Assembly: GCA_951406725.2 (NCBI GenBank)
Contig: OX597820.1
Span: forward strand, 93,000,001 to 93,064,000
Direction: 5' to 3'
Origin: Octopus vulgaris
Lineage: Eukaryota
Length of the DNA: 64,000 nt
Positions within the stretch are counted from its first letter, which is position 1. Every line of letters begins with the position of its first letter. The notes beneath the pieces were generated by a model. It had not been told where the DNA came from. It saw nothing but the letters and a program-made list of their open reading frames with translations, and did not search any database. Made by a program: the position numbers and the translations under genes. Below are positions 25,620 to 40,588 of the stretch, piece after piece.

Positions 25620-28600
25620 TCTGCTGTGAAATGCTCTTCTTAGTTATCAGTTTTACATATGCACGCAGAACTGTTTAGCTGACTATCCCTTACAGTATCA
25701 AGTCAGCAATTTTGTCTTTGAACATATCACACTGGTTGTCGAATACTACTTCCCAATAACCAATTTTACTGTTGATCACTGTATATTTGAACAGATTGGC
25801 CAATACTATACTCAGACAGTAATTGGCTGGTCAATACTAAACCCAATCACATATTTTGCATTTGAACACAGTACATTTATTCTAGTTGCCTAATACTATA
25901 CTGAATATACTGAATTAAAAACTTTGCATTCGAAAACAGCACGTCTTAAACCGAATCAAATATTATAAGTCAACCAGCAATTTCGTATTTGAACATAACA
26001 GATTTTACTATAGTACCTTCGTATTTGGCTGTCCCATAGTTTATGCAAATCAGAATTTCTCATTTGAAAACAACAAATTTTATATTGCAGTCGAATTCTA
26101 TCATCACATAGGATGTCTCATTCTTCAACCAGCTATTTAGTACGTGACGAAAAAACCTTTTACGTTCAAATTCAGTACTAATAAGCTAGTTGTCCAATAC
26201 TATACTACACTCATTAATTTCGAATTTGAATACGACACCTTTAATTCTAGTATTCAGATAGCATCTTTACATTTGGACGCAGCAAGTTTAAAAGCTAGCA
26301 AAACATATTTCGGCTGGTTTTCCTATACTCAGCTCATTGAGCAAACTCGTATTTGAGCACAACACATTTGAACTAAATTTCCATTACTAAACTCAGGGAA
26401 AACTTCGAAATTTCTAATACTAATGTACTAATGACAGTCAGAAATTTCTCGTTCACAATTAAGCACAATATATATGTGCAGTCACTTTAACACTAACTTA
26501 AGTTTGTAATTTCACATTGGAAGACATCTTTAAACTTGCAGTTGAATATTAAGCACGATCAAAATTTTTATACTTGAGCATAATTTTGCAATAGATGTCC
26601 AATAACATACTCGGAAATTTCGCTGTCCTATAAATATACTCAACCTGTAATTTCATTTTTAAATAGCTGATTTAAGCTGGTTTTGTAATATTAACTTCGG
26701 TGTATATTTTTTTCTTTTTTTACATTTGAACATCGTATCTTTTATTTCTATACTAATATCAATCAGCAAATTGACCACGGAACTTTTAAGCCAATAATAT
26801 ATTCTTCGGTCAGCAATTTCGCATTTGAATATAACTTTGATATGGCTGTCCTCTAATATATTCATTCACCTATTTCATATTTAAAAACAGCAAATTTAAT
26901 CTGGCTAACATAACATATTTGGGTTGGTTTTTCAATACTAACGTCACTAAGTAATTTCATATTTGAAAGCAACAAATTTCATATAGCTAGGCTAACACCC
27001 GTCAGTGATTTTGCCTTTGAACACGTTACTTTTAGCTGGATGATTGACATGAATCTAAGTTACCATTTTGGGGGTTGAACATTGTGTATTTGGGCTGGCT
27101 TTCCAATCACATACTTTGCCAGCAAGTTTATACCAGAACAGAATATCTTTGAGCTGGTTATTAGTATTTACCACAGTCAGAAATCTTACACTTGAATATA
27201 GCAACTTTTGGCCGGCTGACTCGTGTGATACTAAGTCATCAATTTCGTAATAAAACATAACTCATTAGGGTCGGCTTTGCCAGCAATTTCACATTTGAAC
27301 AGGACATCTTTGAGCGGTTCTCTAAAACCCACAGTAGCCAGCAATCTTACATTGAACACAGAACATTTGAGCAAGCTGATAGATAAAATAATCGGTCGGC
27401 ATTCTGTACAGAGTTCATTTCAGCTGGCTATCAAATAATATAACGTACTTAGTCAACAATTTAGAATTTCAGCTCATCGTATTGTAATCAGTCAGTAATT
27501 TGAAACTGAGCAAAGTAACTTCGCTTTGTTTGATATGCATTAAACTCACTCGATAATTCTGCATTATAACAGTAAATTTGAGGTTTCTGACAAATTGGAA
27601 AGCTGAGCTAGCTGCACTTTTCAGCTGGATCTTCTATATTATATTCACTAAATTTCCACTACTAAATTAAGGGAGCAACTTTACATTTGAACAAATAAAC
27701 ATAGGCTAGCCATTCATTACTATCATTAGTAACTTCTAATTGGATAATGTGCTGCGTGTCAAGTACACCGTTCATTGAACGGAGCACGCACAAGTTTGCA
27801 ATCTAATATTATGCTTAATCAACAATTTTAATTTTCACCACAACACCTTTGAACTAGTTTCCTAATATAATATTGGGACAATCTTGCATCTTAACATTGC
27901 ACCTTGGACTTCGCATATTCGGGTTTAAAATAGAAAACACACCTATTCCGTTAACAATTTTGCACTTAAATAAAAGCGTCTGTATTGTCGGTTCACTAAT
28001 AAACTCAGCAGTTTCGCATTTAAGCGCAGAATCTGTGAGCTAGATGTTCAGTAATATACTCAGTCAGCAATCTCGCATGTGAATAAAGCACATTTGAGCT
28101 GGATGCTCAAATCCACACTAAGGCAGCAAATTTAACGCTTGAATGCAGTAGCTTTGTGGTGACTGCCCGTTATTGTACCCGGTTAGAAATTACGCATTTG
28201 AGCACATCAACTTTGAATGGTATTTTCATACCATTAAAGAGTCAGTAATTTTGCAGTAAAGCATAAGCAAGAGCAAATACGCAGTTGAGCGCAGCAAATA
28301 CGAGATTATTGTGCCGCACTAAATATAGTCTGCAATTTCGTTTCTGAACCCGTCATCTTGGAGTTGACTGCCAAAACCTAACCATTGTGAGCCATTTCAT
28401 ATTTAAATACTAAACTTTTAACTTATTATCAATGCCTAACTTCAGCCAATTTTCACACTGGAACACAATACCTGGTAAGTCAATGTTAAGTGCCATTTCG
28501 CTTTTGAACACAACACCTTTAAAGTGACTGCCCAATGATAAAGTCAATAAGTATTTCTGTATTTGAACAGAACACTTCTGAGCTGGAAGGTTCAATACTA

Positions 28601-28950
28601 ATTCTGAATTCGCATTTGAAAATACCATTGATTTTTCTATAAAATATCTAACTTAGTCTGTATTTTTACATTTAAATATATTACCCTTAAGCCGTGTGTA
28701 CCCTGTTACAATTCGCATTTAAACATATCTCATTTCATTTTCTTATCATATACTAAACCTAAACCTCTATTTTATATTTAAACATATAAGCTTTGACTAA
28801 ATATCCAATATTATCTCTCTTAAATATTACCTTTGAACATACTTCTTTTGTGATGGCGGTTCAATACTATACTCTATTAGTTATTCAACATTTGAACACA
28901 GTATCTCTGAACTGACTGACTAACACTAAACTCAGCCATTTGATGTCTCA
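25620..28950. repeat. Highly degenerate ~59-bp tandem array (roughly 50-55 units)
   Basis: Recurrent catttgaaca, caatactatactc and cagcaatttcg motifs at ~59-bp spacing, e.g. 28020-28260. By-eye consensus tttgaacacagcacatttgagctggctgtccaatactatactcagtcagcaatttcgca. Confidence 0.85.
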
Positions 28951-30665
28951 TGTAAAATGGATGTATTCGCGATTACTTCTCTGTATTATAACTTGAACAT
29001 AGACAAGCAGAAAAACGCACATAATACGGTTGCGCATCTCTCAGTTGCTGCATTCAATTCTCACTCAAATCACAACCTACTTTCATAAAAATGGAAGAGC
29101 CGTTCGATAATATGGTAATATTATGGCGGACTTGACCTAAATATATATATGTGGTTCATATTTTCGTGTAGGATAATGAACTCAGAAATTGATACGCAGA
29201 TTTAATAACTCTGTAGAAAATTATAAAGACTGGAGTAAAATAATTTTAGATGTAGGTCAATTGTTGTGAGAAAACCTTCATCTGTATTTGAGAAAAGTTG
29301 TAAAACTGTGAATTTTTTGTTTGATTTCGTGAAAGCTTCATGTTTCTGCGAAAAGCCAGGTGCCTCAATAATAGAAAGAGACAAAAGACTTTGTAGAATA
29401 TAATTGATATTCAGACACATACATAAAAAATAATTAACGTGAGATAGCGTAAAATATTTAGGTGTACAATAAATGAATATAAAAGCAAAGTGATTTTATT
29501 GAAATAATGATATAAAAACAATTGCGAAGATATCCACTTTTTTCTCCCTTGAGTTCTCAGTGTTGTGCTTTTGACAAGTAAATTATTTCAATTAAAATTG
29601 TTTTATCTCAAAACGAAGCGAGAGACAGAGCATTTTGCAAGAAAGAAAGTATATTTTGTTTGTGAAACTAAAAACTTTTAACGAAATTAACTGCATAAAA
29701 TACAATAGAAGAGCAGAGTATTTAGTTTCCTTTTTGCTTCCCTATATTTTTTTTCTTCTAAGTGTACCCACTCCCGTCCCATGTGTCATAAACATACGTA
29801 AATCTGATATCTCAAATTTCTGTTCGAAGACATATTCAAGCGCATTTTCTACATTAAAATATATCGCTTTCAGCACTTGAAATGTATGCAGAACACATCT
29901 GAATTTCATGTACATTATTCAGTACTTTAGGTCAAACAGATCTCAACTGAAAATTAATCCTTTAACGATAAAATATCGCAGTTCTTTCTAGCGTTTTATT
30001 TTAATTATTATGCTATTATATGCAACTATGTACTGTTGAGTACTTGGTGAACATTTTCTATATTTCCCTTCGGTATCAATTACTATCCTTCTTCATTTAC
30101 GCTATTTCTCATTTTTTATTTTATTTTTTTTCTCATATGACGATCGATAATACATTCAATTACATTATGTTGATAGCGTTAAATCGGATATTTTACAATC
30201 TTCTTCTAATTTGCTACATATTATAAAAAAAGAAAAGTTTTGTGAACCATCAAGGGGTAATAATTAAGTCGAAAATCATTCCGCCCTGAAGACTCAACAA
30301 TGTATCTATATCGATGTACATTTCTTTCGTTTACATTTTTATAACTTTTTTTTATTAGTTGTCTTCAGAAAGTGTTTCCAGCGGAAATGAGTTTTCTTAT
30401 ATTGTTATATATATATATATGTGCGGTGAATAGTGGATGTTCTTCAGTTCGCTCCGTACTTTAGTAATGTGTGCGTTTGTGTGTGGTGTGTATATACACG
30501 CGTGTAATTCTTTGAGAATACCTCTATTTGCAAGTGTATGTTTAAGTCCGTCCATTTTAATGCAATCCAATATTGAGTTAATTTGAAAATTTTGTTTTTA
30601 GACTTTATTCAGAGAACAGGAATAGATAGCTAGCTACCTAAATAGATAGATAGGTACAAATACAA

Positions 30666-30982
<317 letters not shown>

Positions 30983-31072
30983 TCATACATATATCCATAC
31001 ATATATATATATACATATACTTTTACGATGTACTACTACTGTTTAAATCTCGCTCAGAGATTGCTTATTGCT

Positions 31073-31109
<37 letters not shown>

Positions 31110-31417
31110 TGTGTGTTGTGTATGTATGTGTGTATATATGTATGCATGTATGCATGTAAGTATGTGAGTGTCTGTGGCTTGAGCGTGCTGAAAAAATAGC
31201 ACACTGGGAAAAAATTGCTTAGCAGCATTTCGTCCATTTCTGCGCTCTGACTTCAAATTTTGGCGAGATTGACTTTGCTTTTTTATTATTTCGGGATCAA
31301 TGAAATAGCTACCACTCGAGCCCTGGTGTCGATTTAACAGGATTACCACCCTTTCCTGATTTGCTGGCCTTGTGCCAAAATTTGAAATTTTTATTATTAT
31401 TATTATTCATCAGTTGC

Positions 31418-31490
<73 letters not shown>

Positions 31491-31894
31491 AGGTAGCAGA
31501 ATCATTAGTATGCCGGACAAATGCTCAATGGCATTTCGTCCATCTTTATGTTTATAGTTCCTCCGAAGTCGACTTTGCTTTTCATACTTCCAGGGTCGAT
31601 AAACTAAGTACCAGTTGAACTCTGAGATCGATGTAATCGAATACACCTCCTTGCTGGCATTGTACCAAATTTGAAACCATTATTATTATCATTATATAAC
31701 TGTTCAAAATTTGGTAGATTGAGGCAAATTTTTACTGCATCACCTTCTACACCATCGTGTTGCTTGGTGTGTGTGCAGCATTGTGTGATCTTTTCTCTTG
31801 TAGTGTGGTGCAGCCTTTGTAGTGTTACTGTTTTTATTGTATGTATGTTGAGTGTGTAATGCATTGGTTATCTGGCTTTACACACGCAACAACC

Positions 31895-31949
<55 letters not shown>

Positions 31950-32020
31950 CATTATTATTATTATCATTATCATCATCATCATCATCATCATCCTCATTAA
32001 TATTATTTTTTTAATTATTA

Positions 32021-32078
<58 letters not shown>

Positions 32079-32095
32079 CATCATTATTATTATTT
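31895..32095. repeat. (TTA)n/(TCA)n microsatellite adjoining the 3' end of a Dong element
   Basis: Direct reading. Confidence 0.97.
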
Positions 32096-32099
32096 AGTA

Positions 32100-33350
32100 G
32101 TTTTATTTTTATAGCGTACTTTCACTTCACTACCGAGCGCAGCTCTGTGTGTCTTATGTATGTGTTGTGGTTTGTTGTGATGCTCTTATGGTTACTGTAT
32201 TGAAAGTGTTTTGCGTAGGATGTGTGCAGTACCCAGTAGTGCAATTTTCTGTATGTTATATATATTTGTAAGTCCTGGTGTTTTTGTTATGTATTTGTCT
32301 GAATATCTTTTTATCATACCTAATGCGCCCACTATAATAAGAATTGTTTCCGTTTTTAGACTCCACATTCGAGTTACCTCTATTTCCAAGTCTTTGTATA
32401 TTGAGAGTTTCTCCATTTCTTTTAGAGAAACGTTGTCATCTGCTGATATTGATACATCAATTAGAAAGCATTTTTCTTTTCTTCATGATCTCTGACAACT
32501 ATATTTGGCCTATTGGCCTTAATTTTTTTATCTGTGTGTATTGGCATATCCCAAAGTATGGTTGCGTTCTCGTTTTCTGTGACCTTTTCTGGTGTATGCC
32601 TATATCATCTTTTTTCTGTTATTCCATACTGTTGGCACAGCTTCCATTGTATGTAGGTCCCAACTCTGTCGGGTCTGTGAGTATATTCCTTCTTAGCCAA
32701 GACTGGGCAGTCAGAGATAATATGATTTATTGTTTCTTCTCCATCTCCACATATTCTGTAGCTACTTGTTATGCTTCTTTTCGTTATATATTTTTGGTAA
32801 TTTCTGGTGGGGAGGCTTTGGTCTTGTACAGCAATTAAAAATCCCTCCGTCTCTGCTTTGAGTCCTGAGCTTCTCAACCACTGCTAGGATTTTTCTCTGT
32901 CTATTTCGTTTGCATTTAGTTTAGTCCAGTATTTGCCATGAAGGGGCTTTTCTTGCCATCGTTTTATCATGGTCCATTGCTGTTCTAGTTTTAGTTTGGA
33001 TTTCATTTGTTTTATAGCTTTTGTTGTTTCTTCTTCATATTTGTTAGGTAGTATGATTTCTTGTTTGTATTTGTCAGCGTTCTTAAATACAGGGAACAGT
33101 TTTTTGTTTTGCTCGTGTTTTGTGGCTATTTGTATCATTTTTCCTTGTTTCTGAAGTAGGTATTTTTGCAGTCCTATTGTAGTTATTTTATAATAGCTGT
33201 GTAAGGCCTCTACCACCAACTCGGACGGCTAAAGTGTTAACAGCTATCATCTTGTTTTTAGCATTGAGCTCTGTTTTTAGTATTCATCTGACTCGTCTAT
33301 AGTATTCTTTCTTTATTTTCTCTTTCATTTGTGTGTGTTGTATCATATCT
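32100..33350 (-). mobile_element. R4/Dong-clade non-LTR retrotransposon, 5'-truncated
   Basis: Minus ORFs: WQEKPLHGKYW; GLKAETEGFLIAVQDQSLPTRNY..RICGDGEETINHIISDCPVLAKKEY (CCHC knuckle); YKDLEIEVTRMW..IIVGALG..IQKIALLGTAHILRKTL (RLE end). Flanked by (TTA)n on both sides. Confidence 0.93.
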
Positions 33351-33439
33351 AGTTCATGGACTTCTAATTATTATTATTATTATTATCATTATTATTATCA
33401 TTATTATTATTATCATTAGTAGTAGTAGTAGTAGTAGTT

Positions 33440-33493
<54 letters not shown>

Positions 33494-33520
33494 TTCATGG
33501 ACTCCTAAATATTATTATTA

Positions 33521-33572
<52 letters not shown>

Positions 33573-33639
33573 CATTATTAATATATCACTTCTGAAAGCT
33601 CTTGATTTTACTTGCTCTGGTTAAATCTGTAGGAGTAGT

Positions 33640-33850
33640 CAATAACCTGTTGTGAAAGATCTCATAGGGTCTCTTTCGTGATACTTGACATCCAAGTACC
33701 AATTTCAAAAGAGCAGCTTTTCTGGGCATATTCTACCCTCCTGTGAAGCCCAATCTCTCCAACAATTTTCTCAGGTCAGGTTGTTAATGCTCTCATTGAC
33801 CCAACAACTACAAGGAGGACAGCTACACGTTATTTAATCATATGTTGATT
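33640..33850 (-). mobile_element. Older R4/Dong-like 3' fragment
   Basis: Minus translation fragments VAVLLVVVGSMRAL and, across frameshifts, ..QKAALL resemble the RLE C-terminus. Confidence 0.45.
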
Positions 33851-34708
33851 GAACCCATTTTGTCTGGCCTCTACTGTGAATGAAGAGTGCGTGCCTTGCT
33901 ACACGTGTGAGATGATTGAATGTAGAGTACCAGTGATCCTAAACGAAGATCAAAAGACAATGCGATATTTATTTTTCATCAAGTGTTACATGTTATCTAA
34001 TCATATGTTGCACCAACCCATCTTGTCTATCCTGATTTGTAAATGAAGAGTATATGCCTTTTTACATGTGTAAGATTACTTGAACTTAAGTACCAGTGAT
34101 TTTAAAAGAAGATCAGTGATGCTGCGTGGCTTGCGGGGTCCCCGTGTCCATCACTCCATTTTTATCACTTCCACTCTTTCATTATCCATACGCTATTTTG
34201 ACCCCTATGTTTTGTTTGTCCTGTATTGTCCCTTCAGTGCATTATCCTTTTATGGTGAATAAAAATTAAGTGCCTTTTACTGAAAACAAAAGAATTCAGC
34301 GATTACCTAAATTGAACTATGAGCGTTCCTAAAATACACGTCTGAAAACTGTAAGTCTATAATGCACAAATGAATGCATAAATCCCATGTTTATTTTATA
34401 TATAACACCGTAAAAACATAGCACATAAACGTGATAATAAAACCATACATTTACAAATTCGACTGATGATGGCGATAGACTTCGAGTCTGAATTTCGACC
34501 TCGGATTACCTGCACTTCTATATCAATAACAAAATCTTTTATTAGGCTATGAGCATATGTGCAATGAGCGTAAGAATTATTTTGCACGGATTATCATTCC
34601 CTTATATGATAACCGAAAACAGTGATAAAGTTTTCAAAGAAACAAATTATTTATCAGTGCAAAACAGTAATACTGCTTCCCAATAAAACAAAGTACCATC
34701 AGGTCAAA

Positions 34709-34755
<47 letters not shown>

Positions 34756-34783
34756 CATATATATATACAAATATATATATAAT

Positions 34784-34852
<69 letters not shown>

Positions 34853-35314
34853 TATATGTGTATATATATATAAGTTCAGCAACAATTTAGATTCAAATGA
34901 ATATGGCACTTAATTTAGATGCACCAAAATATTTTATGGTGTTACCCATAAAAATATGAGGGGTCATTATAATCAAAAAATAAGCAACAAGAATGTATCC
35001 GGTAACTAAGTACAATTGTTTCATACTACAACATTTTATTAAAAGCTGTAAACAAGGTTTTGGTCAGTTGGCATCTGAACTACACGACCTCATGTTCCTA
35101 AGATTCATATCTACATCTTTATCTGTATATTTACCTTCCCTGAGATGTTATTAATTGATTTGAAAACTTTATATTATTGGAAAACCTATATAAGATAAGC
35201 TGAAGATTACTCGGCATCTTAAATCTGCTGTAATATTTACAGCTTTTAATAAAATGTTGTAGTATGAAACAATTGTACTAAATTACCGGATTCATTCTTG
35301 TTGCTTATTTTTTG

Positions 35315-35368
<54 letters not shown>

Positions 35369-36011
35369 TACATGTATATATATATAATTATATGAAAACT
35401 TGTATGGTAAATAAACAAACGACGTAACGTGTACTGAGTCTACAACCGGACGGGAGTCAAACACAGAAGATCCCTAATTCTTCATCAGTTATCAACCAAA
35501 TGATAATACTCAGTTTTGCACCATTAAAGATAAGACGGAGAATTCGGGGCCGAGAGCAAATAAAACAGAGCAAAACAACACAGGGTGTGATTTAGGACGG
35601 TGGACAAGGACGAACAGAAAAGCAAAATCGGCCTTAGGGCCAAGAAGTCAAGAGTAGTGTGTAACGCTTAGAAGATATACTAAAGGAGAGATAACGTATA
35701 GACAGAGAATTTGCGACTAGTCAGCTACGGGATCAGTGTGAGAAAGGGAGACAACTAGTCGCGGGTCACATGACAGCAGGAAGCAGAGGAGAAAGACAGC
35801 AAGAGAGAGGGAGGGAAGGCGACAGAGAGAAGAAAGGGAAGGAATGATGGAAGAGAAAAGGATAAAGTAGAAAGGCTAGAATAGAAATGAGTGGGTGAGA
35901 GAAAGAGAAGGGAATAATACATATATATACATATGTGTATATGATTGTATATATATAATTATATGTTATATATATTATATATGCATATATACACACAAAC
36001 ACACACACACA

Positions 36012-36053
<42 letters not shown>

Positions 36054-36187
36054 AATACATGTAACTGTATATGTATGTATTTAGGTATGGATAGATAGAG
36101 AGATATACCTAAAAGACAAGTGTATTATTCAAAATACATATATTTTAAGTATATTTAAATATATGAATATACATATATATAATATAT

Positions 36188-36600
36188 GTGGAGTGGCTGT
36201 GTGGTAAGAAGCTTGCTAACCAACCACATGGTTCCGGGTTCAGTCCCACTGCGTGGCATCTTGGGCAAGTGTCTTCTGCTATAGCCCCGGGCCGACCAAT
36301 GCCTTGTGAGTGGATTTGGTAGACGGAAACTGAAAGAAGCCTGTCGTATATATGTATATATATATGTGTTTGTTTGTGTGTCTGTGTTTGTTCCCCTAGC
36401 ATTGCTTGACAACCGATGCTGGTGTGTTTACGTCCCCGTCACTTAGCGGTTCGGCAAAAAAAGAGACCGATAGAATAAGTACTGGGCTTACAAAGAATAA
36501 GTCCCGGGGTCGAGTTGCTTGATTAAAGGCGGTGCTCCAGCATGGCCGCAGTCAAATGACTGAAACAAGTAAAAGATAAAAGAAAAGAAAGATAAAAGAT
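36188..36600 (+). mobile_element. tRNA-derived SINE family B, near full length
   Basis: Head ggagtggctgtgtggtaag..ccacatggttccgggttcagtccc, an internal (TA)/(TG) tract and tail catggccgcagtcaaatgactgaaacaagtaaaag. Confidence 0.92.
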
Positions 36601-36745
36601 AAATAACATTAATATATACAAATATATACAAATATACATAGATAGATGGATAGATAGATAGACAGAAGGAGACAGAGAGAGATAATATATATAGATATAT
36701 TAATTTATATATATATCCTTTTACATTTATAAGCACATTATTTGA

Positions 36746-36842
<97 letters not shown>

Positions 36843-39164
36843 AATATTATATATATATGTATATATCGGGGAATATATCAATATATTTACTTATATGTGT
36901 GTGTGCGTACTTGTATATTTTTATAAAAGTATACACAAACACTTATATATGCATATAGACATACATTACGTACATATTCGTATATAATATACAATTTTAT
37001 TCACTCGCTGATATAGTTACTTTCAGTTTAAACTGAGGTAATATATCGATTCGAAATAATTTCGTAATTTAAATGATGAGCATTAATAATTATCACGAAG
37101 AAATTTAGACGAAAATATTAAAATCTATTAAATAGATAAGAAAAGAAATAGCTGAAATGGTATTAAACGAAATTGATTTCTTTTTTCAATTAAAAATAAA
37201 TAAATAAAAGTAGAGATAAATACAAAACTGGATTTATTTTCCACTCCATTAATTATATTCCCATCCATAACAGTAATTCTAGTTTCAAAATTCCATTATA
37301 AAATGAATTCTAAGCTGAAGAGAAAAAATATAATAGAGAATACCATTCTAGAGATCTTAATCGAAAACCGTGCACAAAGACTGAGAAGCGCCAATATCTA
37401 ACATCAAAACACTAGATATTTCGTTGTAACGGAGAATAGTGAAAGAGAATAAAGCAAATTGAGGAGAAAGATAAGACTTCAAATGTCCATAGTATGTGTG
37501 TATTCTTTGTCTAAAAATATTATAAACGACAACCAATCCGGATGCTAAATAATTTTCAAAAATATATCTTTCTTTAATAATGTTCGCCTCTCTTTATACA
37601 TCCGGCATTTAAAATCATACGAGAGGTTTTTGTTACCCACGCCATTCATGTGAATGCTTCGATAAATGTATGGTTCTTTTGTTGAATACACGTCGACATA
37701 ATTTATAATTTCTGTATAGTAGTAGTAGTAGTAGGAGGAGGAGTAGTAGTAGCAGCAACAGCAGCAGCAGTGTCAGGTGTGTGCCAGTTGATTGGTTGCG
37801 TGAGTGCTCCACTACCAATCGAAGTGTATTTAGTTCGTATTCAATTAGCAGTACATTGCGATGACAAACAGCAAATCCTCCGTCTCACGGTTTAACATCA
37901 TTTTGAAGCATTTTGAAGCATTTACAAAAGGTCCTTTTGAGAAGCTTACAAAAAGGACGTGTGGTGTTTTGTTTGTTTTTTTCTTTTTCTTTTTTTCTTT
38001 CTGAAGTTCATACTGCTGGCAACACTTAAGTTAGGTCTCAGGTCTAAGAATAATTTCCTCTTTTCTTCTTACAAGTCCCATGGATCCTGGAAAGAGTAGT
38101 AACCGCTACTTTCCTATTCTTTTTCTCCGACAAAGCCATTAGGAAAAAGGTAAAGAGAAATCCATTTGTGTGCATTGACCCTGCAATACAGAAATATGAA
38201 GGTCACAATTGAAATGCTTTTGATCATAGATCAACTGAAGATTACATTCTTCATATATTTTTTTTTATCTTATTGTTAGGTTGGAAGATAGAGTCCACAG
38301 CAGGCTAGTGGAAGAGAAAGAAGAAGGTATCTTCAAGCCTGACCCCGAATACTTGCAATGAAGTAAACACACCTGAGGACTAGGCAAACAGGTTAAGTCT
38401 TCTACCTACGTAGGCAATGTCGGGACTTGAACTAAAAACTCAATGAACTGAGAATATCGCAAGACATCTGGTTTGGCCTTCTTAGAGACCTGCCAATCCA
38501 CTGTTTTCGATTGGTACTTTTTAATCGGCCCGAAAAATGAGAGTCAAAGTTGATCATGATAGAATTTGAATTTAAATTGCTGAGTCGAACAAATTGCTGC
38601 AAAGTCAATTTATCTTTCTAAATTGAAAAAATGACAAGAATCACCGTTTTCATTCCATGTACACGTACAAACCTATTTTGTTTTAATTGACAGTTTACCA
38701 TTGTAGGCAATGAACTGTTCTTATCGTAATGTATAACCAAATTATCTTCAACACAATGGGCTACCGTCTATGTGATAGATTGAAACAACAGCCCAATCTG
38801 CTTCATACTACACCAGACTGCCTTGAATAAGACAAAAGTATAGTTTATAAAGTAATCCTATGAGATGGTATAGTTGAATTACCTTAAAAATAGGTTTACA
38901 GAGAGAAGAAAGATACAATATGGCCGAATGATAAAGAAATTCGCTTTGCAGTTACGCAGTCCTGGATTCGGCCATCTCGTATAGCATCGTGAACAAGTAT
39001 CAGCTTCTATAGCCTCGAGTAGACTCATAACTTGTGAGTGAAATCAAGTACACTGTTTGTACATAGAAGCTCGCTGGACAGACTACACATGTAATTAAAA
39101 TGACACAGACTTGTCAGATTGACTCTACTCGAGAATTATGTTAGAGGTACTTGTGTCTATGTGA

Positions 39165-39480
39165 AGGCGCGCGGCTTAGTGGTTAGGGTATTAGACTCAC
39201 GATCGTAAGGTCATGAGTTCAATACCTAGTGATGCGTTGTGTCTTTGAGCAAGACACTTTATTTCACGTTACTGCAATCCAAGAAGCTGGCAAAGATGAG
39301 TAGTACCTGCGTTTCAAAGGGCCAACCTTGTTACATTCTGTGTCACTCTGAATCTCCCCGAGAACTAAGTTAAGGGTACACGTGTCTGTGGAGTACTCAG
39401 TCACTTGCACCTTAATTTCACGAGCAGTTTGTTCTGTTGATCGGATAAACTGGAACTCTCGTCGTCGCAACCGACGGAGA
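39165..39480 (+). mobile_element. SINE family C-related copy
   Basis: tRNA-like head ggcgcgcggcttagtggttagg..gagttcaatacc. Its 3' part matches 19640-19810 in reverse. Confidence 0.85.
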
Positions 39481-39629
39481 GACACTTGTGTCTGTAGAAT
39501 ACGGTGCAACTTAAACGTTAATTCAGGAACAGGAAATTTAGTTAATAGAACAAATTACATGTGCAGAGAGACTGAGACAGACAGAGAGAGAAGCACATAA
39601 ATTTATATATATATATATATATATCAATT

Positions 39630-39925
39630 TATTGTATCCATCAATTATCCATGGGTGGGTTGTGAGAGTAAAGTCCTCGTGTAAGCTTCCAGTGGATTCT
39701 GTCAAAAATAATCTCATTGGGTCTTCCTTCATTGAATCCATCTTGCGATTTTTTTCCTGTGGCATTCTAGCCACACGTCCGTGTACCAGAGGTATGATCC
39801 CTTAATGCAGAGAAGTAGCAGCTTAACCTGGGGAGATTCCTTGAACTCTGAACTACGCACCCTGTCGAGTAAGGTTACTCCGTGAATCCTTCTGAGGAAC
39901 CTCATTTCAGCCCTTGTATATATTC
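39630..39925 (-). mobile_element. RTE LINE 3' fragment
   Basis: AEMRFLRRIHGVTLLDRVRSSE, an RTE C-terminal motif. Confidence 0.75.
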
Positions 39926-40239
39926 GCAAACATAATCAGGCGATCGTGGATATATCCGAGTCAGAAGTACTTAAATGCGTGTACACAGGTATCAAATTAC
40001 TGATTATTATAAATCCTCCTTCACACTCGTTATATTCACGAGAACATACATAAACATATAGTAGCGTCAAAACCTTGGACCAAAAATGAAGACACATAAA
40101 TTGATGTAGTCCTACATACACCAAGTACAATATCAGCTGGTTACCGATGATTAAATAATAATAGCCTAGCATAATGATAAACCAACGAAGGACGAGAGAT
40201 ATGTACAGTGTCTCTCTCTCTCATTCTCTCACTCTCTCA

Positions 40240-40270
<31 letters not shown>

Positions 40271-40467
40271 ACTCTCTCTCTCTCTCTTTCTCTCTCTCAG
40301 CTAAAGGTAGAAATTAATCATCATCCACCGTCTTAATAAAACAGATAAATAAGTAATAAAGAAAAAGGTAAACAGTAAAATAGATAAGTAGATATACAGA
40401 GATAGAAAGAGAGATATAAACAAACAGACATAAAAATAGATAGATAAATAGATAGATAGATAGATAT

Positions 40468-40519
<52 letters not shown>

Positions 40520-40554
40520 ACATATATACATCTATTTACTCAGATATCTATCTA

Positions 40555-40588
<34 letters not shown>

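Noticed and set aside
25620-28950. CRISPR array or repeat-protein exon
   Set aside because: No identical repeats with unique spacers and no cas genes; the ~59-bp period is out of frame with many stops.
34460-34500. CTGATGA..agact-tcg-agtct-GAA hammerhead-like motif (also ctgatgaagaa at ~35488 minus and gaagagcgtaggctc at ~48128)
   Set aside because: GAAA, stem III or stem I are missing or broken; at best unrecoverable PLE-LTR remnants.
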